A stretch of 64,000 nucleotides of DNA from positions 1 through 64,000 of IMG/VR virus record IMGVR_UViG_3300040856_003829; one strand, 5' to 3'. The DNA comes from a virus. The notes under the pieces are model-generated. The model ran no database searches. It was not told the DNA's origin and saw only the letters and a program-made list of their open reading frames with translations. The translations under genes and the position numbers were made by a program. This document shows positions 1 to 10,085 of this stretch, piece by piece; the first letter of the stretch is position 1, and the number at the start of each line of letters is the position of its first letter.

Positions 1-112
1 AAAACTTTAGATTATTCTTTCACAACAACTGATCATTTTATGGTTAATAACACAATTTAATGAAAAAATACATTTTCGAAGTTTTTTTATATTTATAAAA
101 AAAGACTCGAAT

Positions 113-397
113 ATGGCAAAAGAATTAAATGAAGAAACATCATTTAACGTAAGTATTAAAACACTGGCAGGTATTGCAGTTTTCATTTTTACCGTAGTAG
201 GTTTATGGTTTACGTTAAAGGCAGACATCGAAGAGGCTAAAGAATTACCTCTACCTCAAGCACCTGAAATAACAAGAATGGAGTTTGATATGAAAGATCA
301 GTTGGTTCGTCAGACTATCATGACAACTCAACAAGATGTGACTGAAATAAAATCTCAACTAATTAGATTAGAAGAGAAAATCGATGAATTAGATTGA
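113..397 (+). CDS. Small membrane-anchored coiled-coil protein (similar to 5436..5744)
   Basis: One N-terminal TM helix then a coiled-coil; N-terminus LNEETSFNVSIKTL resembles LNDDTSFGINIKWL of 5436; ATATTTAT motif upstream at 89-96. Confidence 0.75.
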   Translation: MAKELNEETSFNVSIKTLAGIAVFIFTVVGLWFTLKADIEEAKELPLPQAPEITRMEFDMKDQLVRQTIMTTQQDVTEIKSQLIRLEEKIDELD

Positions 398-398
398 G

Positions 399-752
399 AT
401 GAAAAGGTTACTATTATCCCTTTTTTTCCTCACACCTTTTTTAGGATTTTCACAAACCGAATTATGTGACGGATATGGTGAAATTTGTGTGATACAATTT
501 AATGCAGGATTTAATGAAGCAAATAAAGTACAATGGTTACCTGAATTATCAGATTGTACTACATCATTTGTAGACATTTTAACTGATCCAACTATACCAC
601 AAACTTATAAAATCGTAGTGGTACCAACAATACTTATTATTGATGAAGGTGAGGAAGTTGGTCGATTCCAAGCTAACATTATGATGCAAATGGAATCCAC
701 AAAAGAGGATGTACAAAATTCAATAGAAGAAATAATCATGAGTAAATTTTAA
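399..752 (+). CDS. Exported thioredoxin-fold protein without CxxC
   Basis: Signal peptide ending GFS|Q; YKIVVVPTILIIDEGEEVGRF matches the thioredoxin cis-Pro strand region; no CxxC. Confidence 0.65.
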   Translation: MKRLLLSLFFLTPFLGFSQTELCDGYGEICVIQFNAGFNEANKVQWLPELSDCTTSFVDILTDPTIPQTYKIVVVPTILIIDEGEEVGRFQANIMMQMESTKEDVQNSIEEIIMSKF

Positions 753-757
753 ATAAT

Positions 758-3700
758 ATGAGATATCTTATATCACTATCTTTTTTTTTAATCAGTATGA
801 TTGGACTTGGTCAACCAACTTACTTAGATCTTTTTATACAATTTGACCAATACCCGTCTGAAACTTCTTGGTTAGTTACTTCAGGAAATGATACTATATA
901 TTCTAGTCCCAGTTATGATTTCCAAGAGTATGTTAATAGTACTGTAGAACAACGTTTATTTTTAGAATCGGGAGTAGAGTATAAATTTTACATGAATGAT
1001 ACATTCGGAGACGGAATTTGTTGTGATTATGGTCCTGGATATTTTACTCTAGAAAATGAATGTCAAGGTCTTATCGTTGAAGACCTTGAATTTGGTCAAA
1101 ATTCAATAGACTATTCATTTACTTTATCTCCTTGTATTCCAGAGATACCAACTGCTAATGTTTTATTTAGAGTAGATTTGGCTAACGCCCCTCCTTCAAT
1201 AGGAACTCCGGGTGTTTTAGGTAGTTGGAATGGTTGGCAAGTGATTCCAATGACTTATGATGAAAATGAAGAATGGTTTTTAGAAGTTGAAGTACCATTA
1301 GGAAACCATCTATGGAAATTTGCCGATTTTAACGATCCAAATATTCAAGAATTGCCTGTCGGAATTGATGGTGGTTCTTGTTTTTTATTTGATGGTAATG
1401 GATTCGTAAATAGAACTATAAACATAACTTCAGAAGAACAAGTGATTCTTCCCCCTTATTGTTGGGAATCATGTTTACCCTGTGGGGGTATAGCAGGGTG
1501 TTCTGACCCAAGTGCCCCTAACTGGAATCCTTGGGCAAATTTTGACGATGGTTCTTGTGTATCACAAAATATAGAATGTGCCCCTGGTGAGTCAGTACTT
1601 GAAATAGTAGTAACACCTGATAACTTTGGAGGTGAAACAAGCTGGTTATTATATGGACCTGGTGATCAAGTATACGCTACAGCACCCGCAGGTACTTATG
1701 CTGGATCTCCTGCTGGTGTTCCTATATCAACCGAAGTATGTGTTACTACAGGAGGTGAATATGACTTAGTTATAGAAGATTCTTTTGGTGATGGTTTATG
1801 TGGTCCTTGTGCTACTAATAATCCTAACCTTGTTACAGGTAATGTTGAAATTTTAGATTGTGATGGAGAAGTATTATGGAGTCTTTTAGACGAAAAAGAA
1901 GATGGTAACTTTGGATACAACATAACTTCAGCTTTAGTTTCCCCTTCTACTTCCTGTGGGTTAATATCAGTAATAGCAGGATGTACTGACCCAGCTTATG
2001 TTGAGTATAACCCAGAAGCTACTACTTTTTTAGCAGGGTCATGTGTAACACCTGTAGTAGTAGGTTGTACAGATCCTACTCAATTCAATTTCAACCCTGA
2101 AGCTAATACTGAAGAAATTATAGAATCTTGTGAGTTTACTTTGACTATTAAAGATGGTGTAGGTGATGGTTGGTTTGGGAGTTGGTTAGGAATATATCAG
2201 CTCGGTACAATATTTAATTCACCCCAATACCAAATGGGTCCTAATGATGGTACCGAATTATCATTTGATATATCTGGTTTAGATGCTACTCAACCTGCAT
2301 ATTTTTACTTTTTTGTAACACCTCAATCTATAGGAACAGCCCAACAGTGTGGGTTCACTTTAACTAACTCTAATGGTGATGTTATCATCGATGTTCCTTT
2401 CTTTAATATAATTCCTTTCATTAATGAAAGTGGTTGGTATAGGTATGAAGTAACTCCTTACTGTGGTAATACTTGTATTCCTTACATAGAAGGATGTACA
2501 GCCCCAGCAGCAATTAATTATAATGATGAGGCTAACACTAATGATGGTAGTTGTATATACTTCCCAGGATGTACTAACCCTGCATATGTTGAGTACTCTG
2601 AAGAGGCTGATGTAGATGATGGTTCCTGTTCAACATTAGTCGTATTTGGTTGTACAGATCCGGATGCTTTTAATTTTGATGAAGAAGCAAACACAGATAA
2701 CGATGGTTGTATTCCCAAAATATTTGGTTGTACTAATCCATTAGCTTTTAATTTCGATCAGAATGCAAACACTCCTGACGGATCCTGTATTGCAATTCAA
2801 GAGGGTTGTACCGATCCCTCAGCATTTAACTATGAAGAAAATGCGAATACCGATGATGGGTCATGTGTTGAAGTAATTTTTGGTTGTACATTAGATGGAT
2901 CATTTAATTTTGATCCTTTAGCTAATACAGATAACGGATCATGTATACCTAAAGTTTTAGGTTGTATGGATGATACCGCATTAAACTTTAACCCAGATGC
3001 TAATATAGAAGATGGTTCATGTATTACTGCAATCTATGGTTGTACAGATTCAACAGCATTTAACTACAACGAACTAGCGAATGTCGATAATGAATCTTGT
3101 ATTGAAGTAATAGAAGGGTGTATGGATCCATTAGCGTTAAATTTTGATCCATTAGCGAATGTAAACAACTTTGAATGTACAATCCCTGAATATGGGTGTA
3201 CAGATCCAACGGCGTTAAATTTTAATGAATTAGCGAATGTTGATAACGGAACATGTATTCAAGTTGTTGAGGGTTGTACTAACCCTGAGGCTTTGAATTT
3301 TGATGAAAGTGCTAATGTAGATGACTTTAGTTGTATACTTCCGATTTACGGTTGTACTGACCCAACAGCTTTCAACTACAATGAATTAGCAAATATCGAT
3401 AATGATTCTTGTGAAGAAGTAGTGGAAGGTTGTACTGACCCTGAAGCGTTGAATTATAACGAACTGGCTAATGTTGATGACTTCAGTTGTATATTACCTA
3501 TATATGGTTGTACAGACCCCGAAGCGTTCAACTTTAATGAATTAGCAACTGTAGATAATGGTACTTGTATAGAAATTGTAGAAGGATGTACTGATCCTTC
3601 AGCTTTTAACTTTAACCCGGAAGCAAACACTGAAGACTTTAGTTGTGAACCATTCATTTACGGCTGTACAGACCCACAAGCTGCTAATTATGATGAAGAA

Positions 3701-4138
3701 GCTAATACAGATAACGGTACTTGTGAGACAGTATATCAAGGATGTGTAGATCAAACAGTCGAAAGTTATAATTTACTCGATCCAGTAAATTCACAATGTT
3801 TTGCGTGGGTACTAGATGTGTCACCTGATTGTTGTGATAATGAATGGAATACTGGTTGTCAATCACTATATGAATACTGTTTCGAAAATGGAGAGACAAC
3901 AAATGTGAACGAAATACTCAATCAACAAATAATAGTATATCCTAACCCAACATTAGACATAATTAATTTCTCATCACAAATTAATTTTACAACATCTTTG
4001 TTCAATTCAATGGGACAGAAAATAATAGATCTAAATAATCCACAATTATTGGATATGTCCAAATATGAATCGGGGGTATATCAATTAATTATAGATGTTA
4101 ATGGAAATCAATTCAGTAAAAAAATAATTAAACAATGA
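758..4138 (+). CDS. Large exported Cys-repeat protein with T9SS type A C-terminal sorting domain
   Basis: Signal peptide GLG|Q; CBM48/early-set-like segment (VLGSWNGW..PM); 19 GCTDPxAxNY/FxxxANxDDGSC repeats; C-terminal IVYPNPT...GVYQL...KKIIKQ. Confidence 0.85.
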   Translation: MRYLISLSFFLISMIGLGQPTYLDLFIQFDQYPSETSWLVTSGNDTIYSSPSYDFQEYVNSTVEQRLFLESGVEYKFYMNDTFGDGICCDYGPGYFTLENECQGLIVEDLEFGQNSIDYSFTLSPCIPEIPTANVLFRVDLANAPPSIGTPGVLGSWNGWQVIPMTYDENEEWFLEVEVPLGNHLWKFADFNDPNIQELPVGIDGGSCFLFDGNGFVNRTINITSEEQVILPPYCWESCLPCGGIAGCSDPSAPNWNPWANFDDGSCVSQNIECAPGESVLEIVVTPDNFGGETSWLLYGPGDQVYATAPAGTYAGSPAGVPISTEVCVTTGGEYDLVIEDSFGDGLCGPCATNNPNLVTGNVEILDCDGEVLWSLLDEKEDGNFGYNITSALVSPSTSCGLISVIAGCTDPAYVEYNPEATTFLAGSCVTPVVVGCTDPTQFNFNPEANTEEIIESCEFTLTIKDGVGDGWFGSWLGIYQLGTIFNSPQYQMGPNDGTELSFDISGLDATQPAYFYFFVTPQSIGTAQQCGFTLTNSNGDVIIDVPFFNIIPFINESGWYRYEVTPYCGNTCIPYIEGCTAPAAINYNDEANTNDGSCIYFPGCTNPAYVEYSEEADVDDGSCSTLVVFGCTDPDAFNFDEEANTDNDGCIPKIFGCTNPLAFNFDQNANTPDGSCIAIQEGCTDPSAFNYEENANTDDGSCVEVIFGCTLDGSFNFDPLANTDNGSCIPKVLGCMDDTALNFNPDANIEDGSCITAIYGCTDSTAFNYNELANVDNESCIEVIEGCMDPLALNFDPLANVNNFECTIPEYGCTDPTALNFNELANVDNGTCIQVVEGCTNPEALNFDESANVDDFSCILPIYGCTDPTAFNYNELANIDNDSCEEVVEGCTDPEALNYNELANVDDFSCILPIYGCTDPEAFNFNELATVDNGTCIEIVEGCTDPSAFNFNPEANTEDFSCEPFIYGCTDPQAANYDEEANTDNGTCETVYQGCVDQTVESYNLLDPVNSQCFAWVLDVSPDCCDNEWNTGCQSLYEYCFENGETTNVNEILNQQIIVYPNPTLDIINFSSQINFTTSLFNSMGQKIIDLNNPQLLDMSKYESGVYQLIIDVNGNQFSKKIIKQ
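2492..3724 (+). repeat. Coding tandem array of 16 GCTD...C repeats, about 26 aa (78 nt) period
   Basis: Counted from the translation; DNA copies diverge at synonymous sites. Confidence 0.9.
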
Positions 4139-5190
4139 AAAAAATATTAATACTAAGTTTATTATTGATACCTTTTGTAAGTTTCGGACAAACAAAAGAA
4201 GAGTCTAACTTCAAAAAGAATCTAAAAAAGAATCTTAAGTTTGCAACCTTATATACTGCGGTAACTGGAAATAATTCACTAGCTGATGTGAATACATATT
4301 CCTTATTACCTGATGGTAGTTTAGAGTATGGTTCAGTACAAACTCCATTTGATTATACTTTAGCATTTGGTGTTAGAAAGATTGCAAGATTAGGATACGA
4401 AAATAGGAAAAATGTATTTTACAATGGTACTGAGACATCTGTTTCAGATGCAGCTACAGTAGGAAGAATAAAAGGATTAGAATTTTTATTTGAAGCTGAC
4501 TATAAAAGACAACAAGGTAATTACTTTGTAGATCAACAACATTTTTTAAGATATGTACATGACCATTGGATTTTAAAAGGTGAATATGTACAGGACGGTT
4601 TTGCCGATATTAAATATTTTGAGTCTTCACAAAGATATAGATACAATGTTGGGGAAAAATTATCATTCAATGTCGGTTTAGTACAAAGATTCTCTGAACC
4701 TTATGGATTTAACCCTCTATCCGATCTAGTCGGGGCTGATTTTACTTTAGTGGCTTTAGATGAAGGGTACTATAGTAATTTTGAGGGTCAATGGTTTGAT
4801 ATTGATGATAATCAAGTGGCGGACAATAGTGAAATTTGGAGAGGTGTTGTGTTACCTGACGTATTGAACAATTATGTTGAACAAGAAAGATCACAATTGC
4901 CAAATCAATGGAATCATTCATTGGTTTTAGGTTATGACTACTATCATTATACTAAAGACTTATGGTTACACTCTTGGGCCAGTGCATTACCATTACACGT
5001 CAGTAGTAAGAACGAATTTTCATATACTAACTTTATTGAAGGAAATCAGTGGTTTGATTACACCGCTGGTTTAATTTTTGGATATAAAATTAATAAAAGT
5101 TTGGGTGTTTTCTTGGAAGGAAAATATCACAAATACTGGAATCGTAATTGGCATGACTTCTCAGTAGGATTCAATTACGTAATAATATAA
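4135..5190 (+). CDS. Putative outer-membrane beta-barrel protein
   Basis: Signal peptide SFG|Q; aromatic-rich alternating beta strands; ends SVGFNYVII; start overlaps the upstream stop (ATGA). Confidence 0.65.
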   Translation: MKKILILSLLLIPFVSFGQTKEESNFKKNLKKNLKFATLYTAVTGNNSLADVNTYSLLPDGSLEYGSVQTPFDYTLAFGVRKIARLGYENRKNVFYNGTETSVSDAATVGRIKGLEFLFEADYKRQQGNYFVDQQHFLRYVHDHWILKGEYVQDGFADIKYFESSQRYRYNVGEKLSFNVGLVQRFSEPYGFNPLSDLVGADFTLVALDEGYYSNFEGQWFDIDDNQVADNSEIWRGVVLPDVLNNYVEQERSQLPNQWNHSLVLGYDYYHYTKDLWLHSWASALPLHVSSKNEFSYTNFIEGNQWFDYTAGLIFGYKINKSLGVFLEGKYHKYWNRNWHDFSVGFNYVII

Positions 5191-5217
5191 ATAAACTCGA
5201 ATTAAAATATAAACGAC

Positions 5218-5439
5218 ATGGGATTCAAAGACATTTTTAAAGACGAAAACGACATAAACGAAAAGTCAGTTGTAGGTTTTTTGTCATTCGCAGTTATGGT
5301 AGCAATAGCTTTAATTGATACTATCACTGGTTGGTTAGGACGTGATTTACTTATAAATGAATATATATACAATTCATTTGTAATAGTTACACTTGGAAGT
5401 TTTGGTATTGCAGGTATAGAAAAATTTGCAAAAAAATGA
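5218..5439 (+). CDS. Small two-TM membrane protein (holin-like topology)
   Basis: Two hydrophobic helices and a basic C-terminus. Confidence 0.6.
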   Translation: MGFKDIFKDENDINEKSVVGFLSFAVMVAIALIDTITGWLGRDLLINEYIYNSFVIVTLGSFGIAGIEKFAKK

Positions 5440-5744
5440 AATTAAACGATGACACTAGTTTTGGAATTAATATTAAATGGTTAATTCAAATTATTGTTGG
5501 TGTAGGAGGAGCAGTTTGGTTGTATTTTACAATTATGTCTGCTCTTACCCATCTAGAAATGGAAACTCTGAGGCATAATCAAGAAATAGAACTTAATTCA
5601 GAATTTCGTATTAAATGGCCAAGAGGTGAAATGGGCTCACTTCCCGATGATGCTGAACAAAATTTAAGACTTAATCATTTGGAAAGAGACATAGAACATC
5701 TTGAAATATTAGTTGATGAATTAAGACAAAAAAATTGTGAATAA
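5436..5744 (+). CDS. Membrane-anchored coiled-coil protein (similar to 113..397)
   Basis: TM helix plus coiled-coil; shared N-terminal motif. Confidence 0.7.
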   Translation: MKLNDDTSFGINIKWLIQIIVGVGGAVWLYFTIMSALTHLEMETLRHNQEIELNSEFRIKWPRGEMGSLPDDAEQNLRLNHLERDIEHLEILVDELRQKNCE

Positions 5745-5775
5745 AAAAAGGACCTCAATTGAGGTCCTTTTTTTT
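5743..5775. terminator. Bidirectional intrinsic terminator
   Basis: A-tract-GGACCTC-AATT-GAGGTCC-T-tract between convergent genes. Confidence 0.85.
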
Positions 5776-5983
5776 ATTCTCCTAAGTATTCCATAAGATC
5801 TTCTTTCGAAGGGTGACTCAAGATCGAGTCACAATCAGTACAGATATACATGTAAGATTTTAAATTATCAATAAATTTAATTTTTCTTGTTTCATGACAA
5901 CACATTCCTTGAATGCATTCTTTTTCCTTTTCGAGTTTTTTGATTTCAGTATTGATACGATTAATTTCTTGAACATATTCCAT
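5774..5983 (-). CDS. Small putative Zn-binding protein
   Basis: Coiled-coil then CCH...CTDC. Confidence 0.6.
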   Translation of the reverse strand: MEYVQEINRINTEIKKLEKEKECIQGMCCHETRKIKFIDNLKSYMYICTDCDSILSHPSKEDLMEYLGE

Positions 5984-6292
5984 AATAAATTACTTTTAGT
6001 TTATGAACTGACTCGTTCTGGTGATCCACTATTTGACCACTTTTTTGAATTCGATCTAATGATCGAATCTATGTTTAATTTGTACCTAACATGATTATAA
6101 ATATCAAATTGAAAGTCTTTTTTCGATAAAAATAAGATTTTCCTATCGAAAATCTTTGAAACAAAATCTACAAACTTCATATTTTTATAGTTTAAATTGT
6201 ATTCAATAAAGATAAATTAATTTTACCAATAAAACAAATTTATTATCTAAATATTTATTTTTAACCATAAAAAATTAAATTTAAAATAAAAA

Positions 6293-6469
6293 ATGGACTT
6301 TATTAATAGTTGGAAATCTCATAGTAAAAAAAATAAAATTGATATTTTTGTGAGATTAGGAAAAATTACATTTCTAGAAATATTTTATAATTTTAATTGT
6401 ACTTCTGAAAATTGCTTGAAATTTAGGTTTATGTTTCTTAACTTTGGAGTACAAAAATTAAATAATTAA
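6293..6469 (+). CDS. 58-aa hypothetical protein missing from the ORF track
   Basis: [31 protein letters not shown]...; A-rich start context; ATATTTAT at 6251-6258; ends 11 nt before dnaK. Confidence 0.65.
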   Translation: MDFINSWKSHSKKNKIDIFVRLGKITFLEIFYNFNCTSENCLKFRFMFLNFGVQKLNN

Positions 6470-6480
6470 AATATTCAAAA

Positions 6481-8346
6481 ATGGGAAAAGTTATTGGAAT
6501 TGACTTAGGAACCACTAATTCATGTGTATCAGTCGTTGAAGGTGGTGAACCTATTGTTATTGTAAATAAAGAGGGAAAACGTACAACCCCTTCAATCGTG
6601 TCTTTCAAAGATGGTGAAAGAATTGTAGGTGATCCAGCTAAAAGACAATCAGTTACAAATCCAGAAAATACTATCTATTCAGTAAAACGTTTCATTGGTA
6701 GTAGTTTTAAAGAGGTGTCTAGAGAAGCTAAGAAGATGCCATATAAAGTTGAAAAGTCTTCGAAAGGTTCCGTGAATCTTGTCATAAACGATAAGAACTA
6801 TGTTCCACAAGAAATTTCTGCAATTGTACTTCAAAATCTAAAAAAGACTGCTGAAGATTATCTAGGTGAATCGGTAACACAGGCAGTAATTACTGTACCG
6901 GCTTATTTCAATGACGCACAAAGAAATGCGACTAAGGAAGCTGGTGAAATTGCAGGGTTGGAAGTTTTGAGAATTATCAATGAACCAACTGCAGCATCCC
7001 TTGCTTACGGTTTAGGTGATGATAAAGATCGTAAAGTTGCCGTTTATGATTTGGGTGGAGGAACTTTCGATATTTCTATTTTAGAAATGGGTGACGGAGT
7101 TTTCGAAGTACTCTCGACAAATGGTGATACTCATCTGGGTGGTGACAACTTCGATGAAGTTATTATCGATTGGTTGATCGAAGAATTCAAGAAAGAAAGT
7201 GGGGTTGATGTATCGTCTGACTCAGCTGCATTACAAAGACTAAGAGAAGCCGCTGAAAAGACTAAGATCGAACTATCTTCTACCAGTTCTTCTGAAGTTA
7301 ACTTACCTTATCTTTCAGCCGATCAATCCGGACCAAAACACTTGGTCAGAACGATCAAAAAAGCTGAATTCGAAAGAATGATTGAGTCTTTAGTTAAAAA
7401 TACTATTTCACCTTGTCGTAAAGCATTGAAAGATGCTAAATTGAAAGTTTCCGATATTGATGAAGTAATCTTGGTCGGAGGGTCTACTAGAATTCCTGCA
7501 ATTCAAGAGGCTGTAGAAAAGTTCTTTAAAAAACAACCTTCTAAGGGAGTAAATCCTGATGAGGTAGTTGCTATGGGTGCTGCGATCCAAGGAGGTGTAT
7601 TGGCCGGTGATGTAAACGATGTTCTCTTGTTGGATGTTACACCTTTATCACTAGGTATCGAAACACAAGGTGGAGTCATGACTAAACTTATTGATTCGAA
7701 TACAACGATTCCTACGTCTAAATCACAAACATTTTCAACAGCAGTAGATAATCAACCAACTGTTGACATTCATGTATTACAAGGTGAAAGACCTATGGCT
7801 ATGGATAATAGAACACTAGGTAGATTTCAGTTAACTGACTTACCACCTGCACCTAGAGGTATCCCTCAAATCGAAGTAAGTTTCGATATAGATGCTAACG
7901 GTATCATTTCAGTAACTGCAAAAGATAAGGCCACAGATAAACAACAAAATATTAAGATTGAATCTGGAAGTAGTCTTTCTGATGAAGAAATTGAAAGAAT
8001 GAGACAAGAAGCTTTGGAAAATGAAGAATCCGATAACCAAAAGAAACAAGAAGTTGAAAAGTTGAATATGGTTGACAGTACTATTTTCCAAACTGAAAAA
8101 CAAATTTCAGAATTCGATGATAAATTGACTGAAGAAGATCGTGAATCTTTGACTGCTAAACTTGAAGAGTTAAAAAAGGTTTATGAAGAAAAGGATTTCG
8201 AAAATATGGATGATTCCCTACAATCATTAAACGAGACATGGGCTGGTATATCTACTAGATTGTATCAAGAGACATCATCTGATGAGACTGAAGATGTTGA
8301 TGATGTAGAGACTACCGATGTCGAAGTAGAAGAAGTAAAAGAATAA
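6481..8346 (+). CDS. dnaK: Molecular chaperone DnaK (Hsp70)
   Basis: [41 protein letters not shown] and [13 protein letters not shown] motifs; full length. Confidence 0.98.
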   Translation: MGKVIGIDLGTTNSCVSVVEGGEPIVIVNKEGKRTTPSIVSFKDGERIVGDPAKRQSVTNPENTIYSVKRFIGSSFKEVSREAKKMPYKVEKSSKGSVNLVINDKNYVPQEISAIVLQNLKKTAEDYLGESVTQAVITVPAYFNDAQRNATKEAGEIAGLEVLRIINEPTAASLAYGLGDDKDRKVAVYDLGGGTFDISILEMGDGVFEVLSTNGDTHLGGDNFDEVIIDWLIEEFKKESGVDVSSDSAALQRLREAAEKTKIELSSTSSSEVNLPYLSADQSGPKHLVRTIKKAEFERMIESLVKNTISPCRKALKDAKLKVSDIDEVILVGGSTRIPAIQEAVEKFFKKQPSKGVNPDEVVAMGAAIQGGVLAGDVNDVLLLDVTPLSLGIETQGGVMTKLIDSNTTIPTSKSQTFSTAVDNQPTVDIHVLQGERPMAMDNRTLGRFQLTDLPPAPRGIPQIEVSFDIDANGIISVTAKDKATDKQQNIKIESGSSLSDEEIERMRQEALENEESDNQKKQEVEKLNMVDSTIFQTEKQISEFDDKLTEEDRESLTAKLEELKKVYEEKDFENMDDSLQSLNETWAGISTRLYQETSSDETEDVDDVETTDVEVEEVKE

Positions 8347-8349
8347 ATT

Positions 8350-8538
8350 ATGGATAAATTAAAAACAATTTTTGCAAAAGTAGTTGCTTGGGTTGACACG
8401 AAAGGTTTCTCAGCAGTTGCGTCATTAGGTATCGGTTTGGTACTTTGGATCTTAGGATATAAAATTTATGCTGGAATAGCATTTGGTGTATTCTTAACAA
8501 GAAACTGGGATATCTTGAGAGGACTAATGAAAAAATAA
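8350..8538 (+). CDS. Small membrane protein
   Basis: Two hydrophobic segments; starts 3 nt after dnaK. Confidence 0.65.
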   Translation: MDKLKTIFAKVVAWVDTKGFSAVASLGIGLVLWILGYKIYAGIAFGVFLTRNWDILRGLMKK

Positions 8539-8540
8539 TT

Positions 8541-8568
8541 AAAAACCTCCTTCGGGAGGTTTTTTTTT
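8541..8568 (+). terminator. Intrinsic terminator with UUCG loop
   Basis: AAAAACCTCC-TTCG-GGAGGTTTTTTTTT. Confidence 0.9.
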
Positions 8569-8585
8569 ATACCATATTTATTCAT

Positions 8586-8888
8586 ATGGACGAAAAAAAA
8601 CAGTTTGAAAAAAAGTATGTAGCTCTGGCAAAAGCTTTAGTACCACAATCAAATAAGTGTATCATTGAAGTTGATGTCGAATTTCCAGATTGGGCACGTG
8701 ATGGATCTGATGGTATTAGACCTTTTTATGAAATTTACGTGAATGATAATTGTGGACCCTCTGGTGGAATGAAGTCAATTGCGATAAGGGGTGATGTTTT
8801 AGGTTACGTTTGGGCTTTTCATAAAGAATATTTTCCCAAGATTGAATTTGATACGGAATTCCGTAATGTTGCCATTAATTTTGTTTGA
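8586..8888 (+). CDS. Hypothetical protein
   Basis: ORF with ATATTTAT at 8574-8581 just upstream. Confidence 0.6.
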   Translation: MDEKKQFEKKYVALAKALVPQSNKCIIEVDVEFPDWARDGSDGIRPFYEIYVNDNCGPSGGMKSIAIRGDVLGYVWAFHKEYFPKIEFDTEFRNVAINFV

Positions 8889-9408
8889 GAAATTTACTCA
8901 TTTCTTTTCCGAGTTTGATACCTACTTCAGAATCTGTCGGATAATGAGCTCTTGCTATATTTCTTGATAGGGAAATGTCTTTAGATATTTGATCTAACTC
9001 ACTTTGCAATTCAGGGTAGTAATGAGACAAAAAATCACTAATTAGTTCACCTTGTGTTGAATGTCCAGACGGAAAAGACGGTGTACCCATACTATCCAAC
9101 TTTACAAGGTGTTTTTTATCAGTAAAGTCCCATGGTCTTGGTCGATCATAGAAATTTTTTAAATCCTTAATTATTGGGACACTGTCTTCTACTAATTTAT
9201 TCACAGTCTTTTCAGGAAACTTTATATTTTTTTTATCAAAAAGATCTTTAAAACAATTGATTACATCATCATTATATATGACATAATCTTTATTAAAAGG
9301 TAACGAATTTAGAACTTCAATCTCATTATCGAAATCTGGTGATCCGGTTTCTGGAAAACTAAGATCTTTAAATGAATCATAATTAAATTTTTTAAAAATA
9401 TTCCCCAT
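8875..9408 (-). CDS. PAP2-superfamily phosphatase
   Basis: K...RPRP, PSFPSGHS and SR...HYPTD motifs. Confidence 0.85.
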   Translation of the reverse strand: MGNIFKKFNYDSFKDLSFPETGSPDFDNEIEVLNSLPFNKDYVIYNDDVINCFKDLFDKKNIKFPEKTVNKLVEDSVPIIKDLKNFYDRPRPWDFTDKKHLVKLDSMGTPSFPSGHSTQGELISDFLSHYYPELQSELDQISKDISLSRNIARAHYPTDSEVGIKLGKEMSKFLKQN

Positions 9409-9440
9409 TACTTTAAGAAAAAAATTACTAAGTTTAAATT

Positions 9441-9638
9441 ATGAATAACTATGATTTATTGATTATTTATTTTGGATCTGGATTGATAGTATGTGGTGTC
9501 TTGGATTTTTTTGTCTATCTCACAGGTAATAGACTAAACAATTCTGAAAGAATAACAATAATGGTTTTATGGCCCCTTATGTTATTAGTATTTATGTTTT
9601 CTTTTTTCTCTGGAATGTTTAATGATGACTCATTTTAA
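9441..9638 (+). CDS. Small two-TM membrane protein
   Basis: Two hydrophobic helices, LWP motif. Confidence 0.55.
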   Translation: MNNYDLLIIYFGSGLIVCGVLDFFVYLTGNRLNNSERITIMVLWPLMLLVFMFSFFSGMFNDDSF

Positions 9639-10063
9639 ACATTATTGAAAAAATAACTCAAAACATTATTTTTTAATGTATCACTTTCTAATTTGTTCAA
9701 ACCTTTCAACAGATGGTTCAAAACCTTTAACTTATCTTTACCCATAGTGATCACCTTATCTTTGTTCTTGTGCTCTTCATCTTTCCAGAAGTGCATTTTA
9801 CAAGAATCTCCATCAGTTTCGAAATTAGTAGTACCATTCGGAAGGTAGTCATCAGTCAAATCATATTGATCACCCATTAAAACAAATAAGTTTCTTAGAT
9901 CTTCATCAGTAACGTTATCTCTGGAAACTCCCTGATAACCCTTATTATTCATTTCAGGTGAGACATCAATTTGTTCTTTCAAATAATGTCTACTAGTGGC
10001 TTTTTTATGTAGATTCAAGATTTCGTCTCTCTCATTAAGTGTTGGTTTATATTCCTTTTTCAT
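9635..10063 (-). CDS. Hypothetical protein with putative head-targeting leader
   Basis: N-terminal ERDEILNLHKK...LKEQ; ATATTTAT on the minus strand at 10079-10086. Confidence 0.65.
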   Translation of the reverse strand: MKKEYKPTLNERDEILNLHKKATSRHYLKEQIDVSPEMNNKGYQGVSRDNVTDEDLRNLFVLMGDQYDLTDDYLPNGTTNFETDGDSCKMHFWKDEEHKNKDKVITMGKDKLKVLNHLLKGLNKLESDTLKNNVLSYFFNNV

Positions 10064-10085
10064 TTTCTTTCTTTTTCAATAAATA

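Noticed and set aside
2492-3724. Periodic ~78-nt repeats as a possible CRISPR array
   Set aside because: Repeats are in-frame protein repeats with synonymous divergence; no identical DNA repeat and unique spacer pattern, and no cas genes.
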